A DNA stretch of 64,000 nucleotides from an uncultured Armatimonadetes bacterium (GTDB lineage Bacteria; Armatimonadota; Hebobacteria; Hebobacterales; Hebobacteraceae). A model generated the notes under the pieces. The model was not told where the DNA came from, ran no database searches, and saw nothing but the letters and a program-made list of their open reading frames with translations. Below are positions 27,502 to 37,775 of the stretch, piece after piece. Within the stretch, counting starts at the first letter, position 1; every line of letters begins with the position of its first letter. The stretch covers positions 4,320,001 to 4,384,000 of the forward strand of contig OY970296.1 in assembly GCA_963716175.1 (NCBI GenBank). Reading direction: 5' to 3'. The translations under genes were made by a program, and so were the position numbers.

Positions 27502-29580
27502 CTACCAGCCATAGGAGACTGTTGACTGCACCCCCAGCGCGGCCGAGAGCGCCGCCAGGCCGGCCCGCGTGAGGTAGTCGCCCAACACCAGGCCGAAGAA
27601 GGCCGGTCGCATCTGACGATAGAGCCTCAACCCGCCGTAGCGGCGAACCACGGCGGTGAAGGCCCAGGCGATGAAGACGTTAGACCACATCAGGTAATTG
27701 GCGTTCCACGAGCTGGCCATGATGAACCCGATGGGGCTCAGAGGCCACCAGACGAAGCTAGTGTTGAGCCACACCAAAACCAGGGTGAACGCCCCCCCTG
27801 CCACCAGGGCCAGGCGCAGCGCGTTCACCGGGGTCTCCGGGCTGTTGAAGGTAGCTTCGAGCTCGCCAAAGGCGCTCTGCGGGTAATCGTACAGCCAGGT
27901 GCGGTTGGCGCCGCCATGGTGCTGGATCACCCACAGCAGCGCGGCCACACCGACCACCAGCATGATCGCCAGAGAAAGCCCAGCAGCCCAGGGCCAGCGG
28001 CGCCCCCGCAGCTGGCCGGTGTGCAGCAGCTTGAAGCTGTTCATCATCTGGGGCATAGCCAGGTTCATGGGGTCGTACATGTAGACCAGCGAGAGCAGGG
28101 TGCAGATGGTGAGGGAAGGCGCGCCCAGCGCAGTCGCGCCGACCGTACGCAATAGCACGCCCCGGGGGAAAACCGCGGTATCCACGAACATCACACCGCC
28201 CGCGGCCACCAGGCGCGAGGCCCCGACCAGCAGAGTGTAGAAGACGCCGATCAGTGCTGCGAACGACCACCAGGACATCCCTGCCTTCGTCACCCACCAG
28301 AGCATGAAGGCATTGCTGAGCACGAAGCCGAGCAGAGCCCAACGGCTGGCCAGAGGCCCGTAGGGATCGGGCTCCGACCCGCCTTGCCCCAGCAGTCCGA
28401 TCGCGGCCGACTTGATCGTCTTCCGGGACTGATAGAGCAGGGCTGCGCTCAGGGCGACGAATCCTCCCGCCTCTTCGAAGCCGATGAAAGCGCGAGGGTC
28501 AATGGTGTTGCCCGTCTGTCCTCCGCCCACCACGCCGAACTGGGCCCACAGCAGCAACTGCACACGATAGAGCACATAGAAGAGCCAGAGGCTGAGAGAC
28601 ACCTCACCCGGCACCAGACAGCTAATGCCGATCACTGGAAACAGTATGGAAGCGGCCACATCGGAGAGCACGCCCCAGGGCAGCTCCATGCCGGCAAACT
28701 CGCGCCCCAGGTCAATGATCCCAACACCGGGCGACGGTACGTTCGGGGACAAGGTGTGAAGCCAACCCAGAATCGAGCACGCGGCCGGGATGGCGAATCC
28801 GATCCAGAAGATGCGATTGTTGAGCAGACTCTTTCCGAGAGTGGGGAGGCCCTCGTTTCCGGTAATCGCGAGCGGAACCTCCACCAGGGGAAAGGTCAGT
28901 CGCTGCCGCTCTATCCAGTCCCTGCTCAGCAGCGCGCTCAGGCAGAACATGGCCGCCATCAAGCCCAGAGTGAAGCCAAACCAGGCGGCCATAGGCCTCA
29001 CCCAGACCGCCCAGGGAATCGCGACCTGGCTGGGCAACCCCTCCCAGTACCATTCGTTGGCTCGCAGGTTGTCAAGCCGCAGCCAGAGGGGGATGTAGGG
29101 CCAGATCAGGCTCTGCCAGTCGTTCTCCGGGCTGGCCATGTAGAATGGGTAGGTGGTGGCTCCCACCATATAGGGGATGCCGCCCTGCATCGCCAGGCCC
29201 ACGGAGACGATCATCATACCGTAGGCCGCCAGCAGCTCCCCGCGGGTGAAGGCGCGCTCCGGCCACAGCCGCACCAGGGCCCCGTTGAGCAGCACCAGGA
29301 GAAAGAGGACCACAATCGCCCCACCCAGCAGAGAGCCCGAACCCACGGACCAGACCCGGGTGACGAACGTCAGATAGGGGTTGGCGGCTGCCAGCACAGC
29401 CACCCCCACGGCGCCCAGCAGTATCGCGCGCGGACTCACGGGGAAGACCGCACGAACCTGCTCCGTGGGCTGTTGGCTGTCCGCGAGGTGGATAGGTGCC
29501 TGCCCAACTGGTCTGCTCATGACTAGTGCTTGCGGGGGAAACACCGCTGGGAGAGTATACGGGCCCTGCTGGCCGGTCAC
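27502..29580 (-). CDS. DUF6785/DUF6784-type polytopic membrane protein, putative transporter (copy 1)
   Basis: About 690 aa with many TM segments; FTRGELL..Y, DWIERQRLTFPLVEVP, WWPLSPIG and YGGLRLYR..PAFFGLVLGD motifs; directly downstream of prepilin gene 3. Confidence 0.8.
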   Translation of the reverse strand: MTGQQGPYTLPAVFPPQALVMSRPVGQAPIHLADSQQPTEQVRAVFPVSPRAILLGAVGVAVLAAANPYLTFVTRVWSVGSGSLLGGAIVVLFLLVLLNGALVRLWPERAFTRGELLAAYGMMIVSVGLAMQGGIPYMVGATTYPFYMASPENDWQSLIWPYIPLWLRLDNLRANEWYWEGLPSQVAIPWAVWVRPMAAWFGFTLGLMAAMFCLSALLSRDWIERQRLTFPLVEVPLAITGNEGLPTLGKSLLNNRIFWIGFAIPAACSILGWLHTLSPNVPSPGVGIIDLGREFAGMELPWGVLSDVAASILFPVIGISCLVPGEVSLSLWLFYVLYRVQLLLWAQFGVVGGGQTGNTIDPRAFIGFEEAGGFVALSAALLYQSRKTIKSAAIGLLGQGGSEPDPYGPLASRWALLGFVLSNAFMLWWVTKAGMSWWSFAALIGVFYTLLVGASRLVAAGGVMFVDTAVFPRGVLLRTVGATALGAPSLTICTLLSLVYMYDPMNLAMPQMMNSFKLLHTGQLRGRRWPWAAGLSLAIMLVVGVAALLWVIQHHGGANRTWLYDYPQSAFGELEATFNSPETPVNALRLALVAGGAFTLVLVWLNTSFVWWPLSPIGFIMASSWNANYLMWSNVFIAWAFTAVVRRYGGLRLYRQMRPAFFGLVLGDYLTRAGLAALSAALGVQSTVSYGW

Positions 29581-29750
29581 CTCCCCTACCCCGCGCTCTC
29601 ACCCGGGCCAGCGCGAGTTCGCAGCTCACATGGCGCGCGCCGCGCCCACACCGGATCGTCTGCCCTTGGCAGTCAGGGGACGGAGCGCGTGTCCGCGCTC
29701 CGTCCCTGGTCAAGCAGTTGCGTCAGGCGTCGCCAATGACACCAGCGCGG

Positions 29751-30770
29751 TTACGGGATGGGGGTGGGGCAGAGCCCCTCCACTGGTCGGCCCTCCGACA
29801 CCACGACGCCGTTGCTATTGCAGTAAGGGCGGACGGCGTTGAGTGCATCCGCGAGCATCCAGGAGGCGTGCCCGTCCATGAACCCGATGTTGGATCCCCC
29901 CAGGTGCCGGGTGAACTGGGCGCGGAAACTGGCGTCGGTGGGGAATCTCAGCATATCGTCCTCCGAAGCGAAGGCGCATTCGAAGGTCCACGGGCAATCC
30001 TCGGTGGCAACCGTCCCGCCGCAGGGGAGACGGCACAGATCATAGAGCATCAACTGCGAGAAGTAGATGGAGGGCTCGATGTTGACGTCGCCACACACCA
30101 CGAACCAGGCCGGATCGTCGACGCTCGAGGTTTTCAGGTCGAGGTTCTCGACGTCGTTGAAGCCAATGGTGGTCTCCACCGCGCCTCCGCCACTGGCACG
30201 GGCGGAGTCCCCCGCCGCGGACAGCGCCTGTTGGCGTATGCTATCGGTGACACTGCCGCCCCACCCAGGCGGAAATGTGGGGTCACAGGGCACGACTACG
30301 CTGTAGGAGTCACCCCATTGGCCCACGGTGTCCATCATGTATTGCAGCCATCCACCCGGCTGCGGGTCCGGCACGATCATCTTGGGAGTGCCGGCGTGCC
30401 TGGCGCTGGGGCACCGCCAGATGTCCCGGTTCTTCACATACTCGTCGAGGACCACGTACCACCTGAGAAATGGGTTGGCCCAGTTCTCCTGCCCGCAGCC
30501 TTCCGTGGGGCCATTGCCGCCGGGCCCGGTGTCGAAGAAGGCCTTGGCCTCCTGCCGATGCTCAGAGGGCGGCAACCGGTCGTAGTCGGTGAGATACATC
30601 TGGATAGCGGTAGCCGCATTCTTGACGTTCGCCAGGCATTGGATCTTGCGCGCTGATTCCCGCGCGCGAGCGAAAACCGGGAACAGCATCGCCGCCAGGA
30701 TCGCAATGATCGCGATCACCACCAACAGCTCGATCAGGGTAAAACCGCCTCTGCGTTTCATCGCAACCAC
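29751..30770 (-). CDS. Prepilin-type/DUF1559-like/H-X9-DG protein (copy 3)
   Basis: KRRGG^[13 protein letters not shown]; [12 protein letters not shown]; [14 protein letters not shown]. Confidence 0.9.
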   Translation of the reverse strand: MVAMKRRGGFTLIELLVVIAIIAILAAMLFPVFARARESARKIQCLANVKNAATAIQMYLTDYDRLPPSEHRQEAKAFFDTGPGGNGPTEGCGQENWANPFLRWYVVLDEYVKNRDIWRCPSARHAGTPKMIVPDPQPGGWLQYMMDTVGQWGDSYSVVVPCDPTFPPGWGGSVTDSIRQQALSAAGDSARASGGGAVETTIGFNDVENLDLKTSSVDDPAWFVVCGDVNIEPSIYFSQLMLYDLCRLPCGGTVATEDCPWTFECAFASEDDMLRFPTDASFRAQFTRHLGGSNIGFMDGHASWMLADALNAVRPYCNSNGVVVSEGRPVEGLCPTPIP

Positions 30771-31030
30771 TCCACCCTCCTTAGGGACTGGGGTACGGCC
30801 AACCCACTGCGTCTCCGACTGCTTGCGCCCTGGGCTTTGCTCGGGGCAGGCCCTGCGGGCTCAACTCCTCTCGTCGGGGCGCGCAGATACCACACCCAGG
30901 GTAATGGTACCCAGGGTTGAGACAAGGAGCAATGCCAGGGTGCGACCAGAATCGGCCATTTGAGGACATCTGCACAATCTGCACAAAGCGCCCCAAGGGG
31001 CTAGGATCGGCCTCCTGGGCCTGTCTCATG

Positions 31031-32056
31031 CTACGCGACAGCCCGCGAGGAGGTCTGGGCGCGGCGGTAGGCGCGAGGCGGAAGCCCAGCTATAGCCCGG
31101 AAGGCGCACGTGAAATGCGAGGGATCCGGATAGCCCACGTGGTCGGCGATCTCAGCGACCGAGAGCTTCGAGCTGGCGAGCAGCTCCATCGCCACGTTCA
31201 TGCGCAGCTCGCGCACGTGCTCGGAGAAGGGCTTGCCCACATGCTTGACAAACAGGCGGCTGAGGTGCCGAGGGCTGTACCCGAACCTGCTGGCGACATC
31301 GGCCGTCCGTAGCGAATGGCTCAGGTTCGCGCGACAAAAGAAGACGGCCGCGTCCAGTCTCGGCCAAGCCGACGGATCGCGAACATCAGATCCAGTTCGG
31401 CAGGTGAAGCTGCCACTCTCGAGACGGCGAAGCAGGACGTGCTCGAGATACCTGAGCAAGTACGCGATCGCGGTATCCCACCCGGGCCGGCGATGCGATA
31501 GCTCCGCGGCGGCCGCGGCCGCCACCGGCTCCACGTCTTCGCTGCCCACCAGATCAACCTGGATTTGCACCAGGGGCTCTGCGGCGGACAGATATGTGAC
31601 GTGAAATGGCTGGGCCAGGGTGCGGTCAACCGCGAAGCACGACAGCTCGTACGACTCGCCGGGGGTGTCGGGCAACTCTTCATGCTCCACCCCGGGATCT
31701 ACCACCGCCAGGCGGCCGGGACGAAGCGGAAGAGCCGCGTCAGGGGTGAGCAGACAGGCCCGGCCGCGGTGGACGAGGAAGAACTCGTAGCACTCCGAAA
31801 CGTGGCGGTTGACCGACTCGCTGTTTCGTCTCGCCAGGGCGGAACCCGCGCTGGCAGCAGCGTGCAGGAAGTCCTCCGGAGCGCGCTCGGCGCCGAGCGC
31901 GGTCACGCTCTCCTCAAATAGCCGCCACGAAACAAACTTGGACCTGTCGCGAATCTCGCAGGCTCCGGTCAGGCTAACTCCTAGATCAGCTTCGCCATCG
32001 GCCCGGTAATCCCTCCCAGCGCGGGCCTCAGAATCGGCCCTGCGTGGCGACCGCAA
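31031..32056 (-). CDS. AraC/XylS family transcriptional regulator (start uncertain)
   Basis: Cupin (YEFFLVHRG..PGVEHEE) and double HTH (VASRFGYSPRHLSRLF..IADHVGYPDPSHFTCAF..PRAYR). Confidence 0.85.
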   Translation of the reverse strand: MRSPRRADSEARAGRDYRADGEADLGVSLTGACEIRDRSKFVSWRLFEESVTALGAERAPEDFLHAAASAGSALARRNSESVNRHVSECYEFFLVHRGRACLLTPDAALPLRPGRLAVVDPGVEHEELPDTPGESYELSCFAVDRTLAQPFHVTYLSAAEPLVQIQVDLVGSEDVEPVAAAAAAELSHRRPGWDTAIAYLLRYLEHVLLRRLESGSFTCRTGSDVRDPSAWPRLDAAVFFCRANLSHSLRTADVASRFGYSPRHLSRLFVKHVGKPFSEHVRELRMNVAMELLASSKLSVAEIADHVGYPDPSHFTCAFRAIAGLPPRAYRRAQTSSRAVA

Positions 32057-33980
32057 CTGCCGCCCACAAGCCCCGGTTGAGAAGATCGCCTACGATCACG
32101 CCGACGGCCAGAGGTACGGCCCTACGGTAGAGCCGGAGTCCCCCGTAGCGGACGACGAGCAGCTTCGATAACCAGCCCAGGAAGAACGGCATGTACCACC
32201 AGTGCATGCCCCACCCATTGGCCACGAGGTACCCGAGGGGGTGCAAGGGCCACCACCAGAGGCGCAGCCGCAGTGCTCCGAGCGTCACTGCGACCGCCGC
32301 CCCAGTCAAGAGGCCGATCAGCATCGGGATGTTCGCCGGCATGGGCTGGGTGAGCAGTTGCACGATCCGCTCGCCGTCACCGCGGGTCTGTTCCGCCGGC
32401 CAGGTGTAGGTGCGCCCATAGGCGAGGCCGTAGTATCCGTATCGGTAGAGCCCACTCAACATGACGAACACGCCGAGCACGAGAGAGAAAAGAAAGCCGG
32501 CTGATATGGCTGCGGTGAGACGCCGCGAGCTGATGCTGCTGGCATCGGCGATCTTGAAGGCCTCCAGGGCAGCGGCGGTGCAGACATCCAGGGCGGCGCC
32601 CTCACCCGGGTAGTAGGCCCACCTCACGGACAGGAGTGTCACCACCTCCCTGGGCAGGAGCGATGCGCCACCGAAGATGGCCATGGCGTCGTTCATCTCC
32701 AGTGGATAGTAGAGGAAGCCAAGGCCCGTTTCCGCGCGCAGCCGCGCCCACACCACGTAGAAGTTCACGATCAAGGCGACCAACACCAGGGCGAAGATGA
32801 ACCGACATCCGGCGAGCCAGCAGAAGATCACCATCCAGGCAAAGGACAGAGCGAAGCCCACGAAGGCCCATCGGTAGGGCACCGGCTCAGCGCGGTCCCC
32901 CGCGCGGCCTGCCCGGGTGAAGATGATCCGCGCCACCCGGGAGAGGTGGGCGCGAGCGCTCCAGAGGGCCCAGATCCCGAGCGCGAGTGCGGCGCCGCCG
33001 GCCTGGTTGTAGGGCGCGGGGAAACCAGACTCAAACCACTCCTCGGGGCGCTGAGGCTCGTGCCCGAACGCAATCGCGGCGACGGTCAGCGCCACGCGGA
33101 CCAGCCAGAAGAACCAGCACGAGAACGAAAGGTCACCCGGGATGAGAAATGCCAGCGCGACGAGCCACGGCCATAGCACGAGGTCTATCTCCCCAAGCCC
33201 GGCCAGTGGCCCCACTTTCTGCCAGAGCACGATCGGAACCGGGCCCAGCGGAACCGATGGCACAGAGGGCACGCGTTCCGACAGCGAGTTCAGGAAGCTG
33301 AGCGCGAGGGAGACGGCGACTCCCGTCCACAGGGGGCCGCCTCGCGTGAGGCGTCCCGACCGGCGCGGCTGGTTCTGGCTTGGGTCTTGCACCAGGGCCA
33401 GCGGGATCTGGGCCAGCGGGAAGCTCAGCCGCTCGTGGTAGATCCACTGGCGCCGCAGCATCGCGACCAGGCAGGTAGAGCCTATCGAGAGAGCGAGCAG
33501 GAACGAGCACCAGGCCGCCAGCGGCGTCCACCACAGCGACCATGGCACGGAAGCTCGGCCCTCGAACAGGCCCGCCACAGCGGCGGGGTCGGTGGGCGCA
33601 AACCAACTGGGGAGGTAGGAAAGGAAGATGGTCTGCCACTGCGGCACCGCTCGCGCCAGGTAGTAGAAAGCAGCGACCTTCGGCAGCATCCAGAAGAGGA
33701 TGCCGTGGCCGATCAGGGGCCCGGCTACCAGCAGGATGGAGTAGATAGTCAGCAGCTCGCGCCGGGTGAAGCCCACCCTGCGGAGTACCGGCAACCCGCC
33801 AGCCGCTGCCAGCACGACCAATACGACGACGGGAGGCATGGAGGGCACGCCGTAGAAAGCATAGTCCCTCAGCCAAGCGATCTCGACATAGAAGCCGGCC
33901 ACGGTCAACGGGATGAGGGCGGCCAGCGCCGCGAGCACCGCGCGCGCCGTCACCCCCGACCTATCTGCTGCTTCACTCAT
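32028..33980 (-). CDS. DUF6785/DUF6784-type polytopic membrane protein (copy 2)
   Basis: FTRRELLTIY, RQWIYHERLSFPLAQIP, ARLRAETG, WWPLHPLGY, YGGLRLYRRAVP. Confidence 0.8.
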   Translation of the reverse strand: MSEAADRSGVTARAVLAALAALIPLTVAGFYVEIAWLRDYAFYGVPSMPPVVVLVVLAAAGGLPVLRRVGFTRRELLTIYSILLVAGPLIGHGILFWMLPKVAAFYYLARAVPQWQTIFLSYLPSWFAPTDPAAVAGLFEGRASVPWSLWWTPLAAWCSFLLALSIGSTCLVAMLRRQWIYHERLSFPLAQIPLALVQDPSQNQPRRSGRLTRGGPLWTGVAVSLALSFLNSLSERVPSVPSVPLGPVPIVLWQKVGPLAGLGEIDLVLWPWLVALAFLIPGDLSFSCWFFWLVRVALTVAAIAFGHEPQRPEEWFESGFPAPYNQAGGAALALGIWALWSARAHLSRVARIIFTRAGRAGDRAEPVPYRWAFVGFALSFAWMVIFCWLAGCRFIFALVLVALIVNFYVVWARLRAETGLGFLYYPLEMNDAMAIFGGASLLPREVVTLLSVRWAYYPGEGAALDVCTAAALEAFKIADASSISSRRLTAAISAGFLFSLVLGVFVMLSGLYRYGYYGLAYGRTYTWPAEQTRGDGERIVQLLTQPMPANIPMLIGLLTGAAVAVTLGALRLRLWWWPLHPLGYLVANGWGMHWWYMPFFLGWLSKLLVVRYGGLRLYRRAVPLAVGVIVGDLLNRGLWAAVAVATQGRF

Positions 33981-34138
33981 GCTGGACACACCTGAGGGCC
34001 TTCGTTTCATCCGGGCAGCCCCGCTATCCTCTGGAGAGGATCTCCATATCGCTCTTCGCCGGGGCAGGTCCAAGGCCGCGCCACCGCCAAGAAATGGGAG
34101 GAGCCAGGGTACTGGAATGAGCTGGCGAGGAGGCGGTC

Positions 34139-35572
34139 ATGAACTTCGTGGTGATAGTCTCGGACACGTTTCGGCGGGACCATCTCGGGTGCTACGGGAA
34201 CGGTTGGATCCGCACGCCCAACCTCGATCGCCTGGCGTTAGAATCGGTCGTGTTCGACCGCGCCTATGCGGCCTCGTTCCCCACCGTGCCGAATCGCCGA
34301 GACGTGTTGACCGGCCGGTTCTGCTTCACCTATTCCGACTGGGCTCCCCTGCCGGAGGAAGAGGTGGTACTTGCAGAGGTGATGAAGGCCGGAGGATACG
34401 TCACCGCGCTGGTGGCTGACACGCCGCACTTTCTCGCCCACGGCTACAACTTCAGCCGCGGCTTCGACGGCTGGGAATGGATCCGGGGCCAGGAGCACGA
34501 CGAGTGGCGCACCAGCCCACGCGACCCGGAGCTGCCCTGCGCGCCAGAGAAGCTCCGATTGCCCTATGTCACTGTCAAGCAGTACCTGCGCAATGTCTCG
34601 GACCGGCGCGGCGAGGGGGACTACTTCGTCGCTCGCACCATGCGCCGCGCCGCGGCCTGGCTGGAGGAGAATCTCGACTCCCAGCCCTTCCTGCTGTATG
34701 TGGACACATTTGATCCCCACGAGCCCTGGGATCCCCCGAAGTGGTATGTGGACCAATACGACCCGGGCTATCAGGGAGAGGAGGTGATCTATCCCCGATA
34801 TGCGCCCTGCGACTTCCTCAGCGAGGCGGAACTGAAGCATGTTCGCGCCCTTTACGCCGGCGAGGTCTCGCTCGTGGATACCTGGATCGGCAAGCTGCTG
34901 GCGAGGGTTGACGAGCTGGGCCTGCGTGACAACACGGTCGTGATCTTCACCACCGACCACGGCTTCTACCACGGCGAGCACGGGCTGATGGGCAAGTCCT
35001 TGCTCACGGAGGAGTACCATTCCTCCGTGCCACTCTACGAGGAGGTGGCGCGCATCCCGCTCCTGGTTCGCCTTCCGGGCCAGCGCGCCGGTCACCGCCA
35101 GGCCTTCGCGCAGCCGCCAGACCTGATGCCCACCATCCTGGACCTGGCGGGCATTCCGATCCCGAGCACGGTGCAAGGAGATTCGCTGGTCCCAGTCCTG
35201 CGGGGCGAGCGGGACAGCGGCCGGCCCTTCGCCATCACCTCCCGCAGTCTCATTCACGGCGTCGGCTGGCGCGAGTTCACGACCATCACCAACGAGGAGT
35301 GGTCACTGATCTACCCTGGGGCCAGGTACGAGGCGCGGGCTACCGAGGACCTCGCGGTGGACAGCATGAAGCGCCTCCATGCCGCGCTCTACCAGGGGGC
35401 GGGGGGCCCCGAACTGTATCACCTCGCCTCCGACCCGAGGCAGCAGCATAACGTCTTCGCCCAGCATCGCGACATCGCGGCCGCGCTCCACGCCGATCAC
35501 GTGCGAATGCTCGAAGCGCTGAACACTCCAGAGGAGCACCTGGCGAACCGGCGCGAGCTGACGGAGGGCTAA
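34139..35572 (+). CDS. Sulfatase-like hydrolase with Thr in the formylglycine motif
   Basis: VIVSDTFRRDH; motif reads T-V-P-N-R..LTG instead of [CS]xPxR; FDPHEPW; TTDHG..GEHG..GK. Confidence 0.85.
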   Translation: MNFVVIVSDTFRRDHLGCYGNGWIRTPNLDRLALESVVFDRAYAASFPTVPNRRDVLTGRFCFTYSDWAPLPEEEVVLAEVMKAGGYVTALVADTPHFLAHGYNFSRGFDGWEWIRGQEHDEWRTSPRDPELPCAPEKLRLPYVTVKQYLRNVSDRRGEGDYFVARTMRRAAAWLEENLDSQPFLLYVDTFDPHEPWDPPKWYVDQYDPGYQGEEVIYPRYAPCDFLSEAELKHVRALYAGEVSLVDTWIGKLLARVDELGLRDNTVVIFTTDHGFYHGEHGLMGKSLLTEEYHSSVPLYEEVARIPLLVRLPGQRAGHRQAFAQPPDLMPTILDLAGIPIPSTVQGDSLVPVLRGERDSGRPFAITSRSLIHGVGWREFTTITNEEWSLIYPGARYEARATEDLAVDSMKRLHAALYQGAGGPELYHLASDPRQQHNVFAQHRDIAAALHADHVRMLEALNTPEEHLANRRELTEG

Positions 35573-35652
35573 CAGGGGCATCGCCGCCCCCCGAAGGGCC
35601 GATGGGCTGTGAGAGGCGGGCCGAGCGAGCTACCTGCGGCATCGGAGGCAAG

Positions 35653-37689
35653 ATGGCCAAGCGCGCAACCTGGATGATGGTCGTTCTGCTGTTGTGTGCG
35701 GCAATACTCGCGGAGGCACGTCCCATGCGCGAGCTCTATGTGGCACCCAGCGGGTGCGACTCATGGGCCGGGACGAAGACGAAGCCATTGGCGACCTTGG
35801 AGAAAGCGCGGGACATCCTGCGGCTGATGGGAAAGGCCGGGAAGATACCCCGAGGCGGCGTCACGGTGTGGGTCCGAGGCGGGAGCTACGAGCGGGCAAA
35901 GCCCTTCGAGCTGAGCGAAGAAGACTCCGGAACTTCTCACGCAACCATCACCTACCGGGCCGTGCCTGGCGAGCTGGTGCGGCTGGCCGGGGGTAGAGCC
36001 GTAACCAACTTCGTGCCCGTCACCGATCCCACGATTCTGGCTCGCCTCGATGAGGGCGCGCGCGGGAGAGTCCTGCAGGCAGACCTGAGGGCGCTGGGGA
36101 TCACGGACTTCGGGAACGTGAAGAGCGGTGGGATGGAGCTGTTCTTCCAGGACCGCCCCATGACACTGGCACGCTGGCCGAACCAGGGCTTCACTGTGAT
36201 TGCGGAGGTAGTGGGTGGCCGGCCCTTCGATGTTCGTGGAACGCAGGGGGATCTGGTAGGGAAGTTCAGCTACGAGGGCGACCGGCCGAAGCGCTGGCTT
36301 GGCGAGAAGGAGATCTGGGTCCACGGCTACTGGTTCTGGGACTGGGCCGACGAGCGCCAGAAAGTCGAATCCATTGATATTGAGAAGCATGTGATCTCCC
36401 TGGCGCCTCCCTACCACGATTACGGTTACCGCAAAGGTCAGTGGTTCTATGCCTTCAACCTCCTCGCCGAGCTGGACTCGCCGGGGGAATGGTACCTGGA
36501 CCGGGACACGGGAATCCTGTACTTCTGGCCGCCGGGGCCCATGGCCGAAGGCCGGGCCATGGTATCAGTGCTGCCGACACTGGTGACCATGCGGGGGACT
36601 TCGCACGTGACTGTCCAAGGGCTGACGCTGGAAGCAGCTCGAGGCACCGCCATCACCATTACCGGTGGCCGAGAGGACAGGATCGTCGGCTGCACCATCC
36701 GGAACGTTGGGGGCTATGCGGTGCAGGTGGAGGGCGGCGCCGGGAACGGAGTGGTGGGCTGCGATATCTACGGCACTGGAGACGGAGGCATCATCCTGGA
36801 TGGTGGGGATCGGCGGACGCTGACGCCCGCCCGACACTACGCCGAGAATAACCACATCCATCACTACAGCCGGTGGGACCGCATGTACCAGCCGGCGATC
36901 AGCCTGGCTGGGGTGGGGAACCGCGCGGTGCACAATCTCATCCATGACGCGCCTCATCAGGCCATTGCCGTCAGCGGCAACGATCACGTGATCGAGTACA
37001 ACGAGATCCACGACGTGTGCACCGAGGCGAACGATGCCGGCGCGATCTACAGCGGTCGAGACTGGACCTGGCGAGGCACCGTGATCCGGTACAATTTCCT
37101 GCACCACATCACCGGGCGCGGAGGCGAAGGCTGCATGGGCGTGTACCTCGACGACATGCTGTCCGGCACCAGGGTCCACGGCAATGTCTTCTACCGCGTG
37201 AGCGAGGCCGTGTTCATCGGCGGAGGGCGCGACAACATCGTGGACGGGAACATCTTCGTGGACTGCAGTCCGGCGGTTCACGTGGACGCACGGGCGATGA
37301 ACTGGGCCGCGTACCATGTGGACACGACGATGAAGGAAGGGCTGCGGGCCGTACCCTATCAGCAGTCTCCCTGGCGCGGCCGCTATCCGGGACTGGTCGG
37401 CATCCTGGATGACGAGCCAGCGGCGCCAAAGGGAAACGTGATCGCCCGCAACATCTGCGTGCGGGGCCAATGGGAGGAGATCGAGGAGGAGGCCCGGCCC
37501 TTCGTGCGCCTCGAGGCCAACCTGCTCGATGGCGACCCGCTGTTCGTGGATGAAGCACACATGAACTTCCAGCTGCGAGCCGACTCGCCAGCCTACAGGT
37601 CGGGCTTCGAGCCGATACCGGTAGAGAAGATCGGACTCTACCCGGACGAGCGGCGCGTCGCCCCGAGGACGGGGCTACCACCGCAGTGA
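35653..37689 (+). CDS. Secreted right-handed beta-helix protein (GH141-like)
   Basis: Signal peptide; YVAPSGCDSWAGT..PLATLEKAR; LARWPN; ELDSPGEWY; NDAGAIY; GVYLDD; beta-helix repeats. Confidence 0.75.
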   Translation: MAKRATWMMVVLLLCAAILAEARPMRELYVAPSGCDSWAGTKTKPLATLEKARDILRLMGKAGKIPRGGVTVWVRGGSYERAKPFELSEEDSGTSHATITYRAVPGELVRLAGGRAVTNFVPVTDPTILARLDEGARGRVLQADLRALGITDFGNVKSGGMELFFQDRPMTLARWPNQGFTVIAEVVGGRPFDVRGTQGDLVGKFSYEGDRPKRWLGEKEIWVHGYWFWDWADERQKVESIDIEKHVISLAPPYHDYGYRKGQWFYAFNLLAELDSPGEWYLDRDTGILYFWPPGPMAEGRAMVSVLPTLVTMRGTSHVTVQGLTLEAARGTAITITGGREDRIVGCTIRNVGGYAVQVEGGAGNGVVGCDIYGTGDGGIILDGGDRRTLTPARHYAENNHIHHYSRWDRMYQPAISLAGVGNRAVHNLIHDAPHQAIAVSGNDHVIEYNEIHDVCTEANDAGAIYSGRDWTWRGTVIRYNFLHHITGRGGEGCMGVYLDDMLSGTRVHGNVFYRVSEAVFIGGGRDNIVDGNIFVDCSPAVHVDARAMNWAAYHVDTTMKEGLRAVPYQQSPWRGRYPGLVGILDDEPAAPKGNVIARNICVRGQWEEIEEEARPFVRLEANLLDGDPLFVDEAHMNFQLRADSPAYRSGFEPIPVEKIGLYPDERRVAPRTGLPPQ

Positions 37690-37775
37690 CGCGGCGGTAG
37701 GGCAGGCCTGTCGCAGTTCACCCCGAGCGAGGACGAAGGGCATTCGCGCCGCCGGCCGGCGCAGGCACGCCGGCC

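Noticed and set aside
30894-30986. Short direct repeats (acccaggg x2, atctgcaca x2) and a sigma54-like TGGCA-N7-TTGT upstream of prepilin gene 3
   Set aside because: Short, does not match the motif shared by copies 2 and 4, and the -12 GC is not conserved
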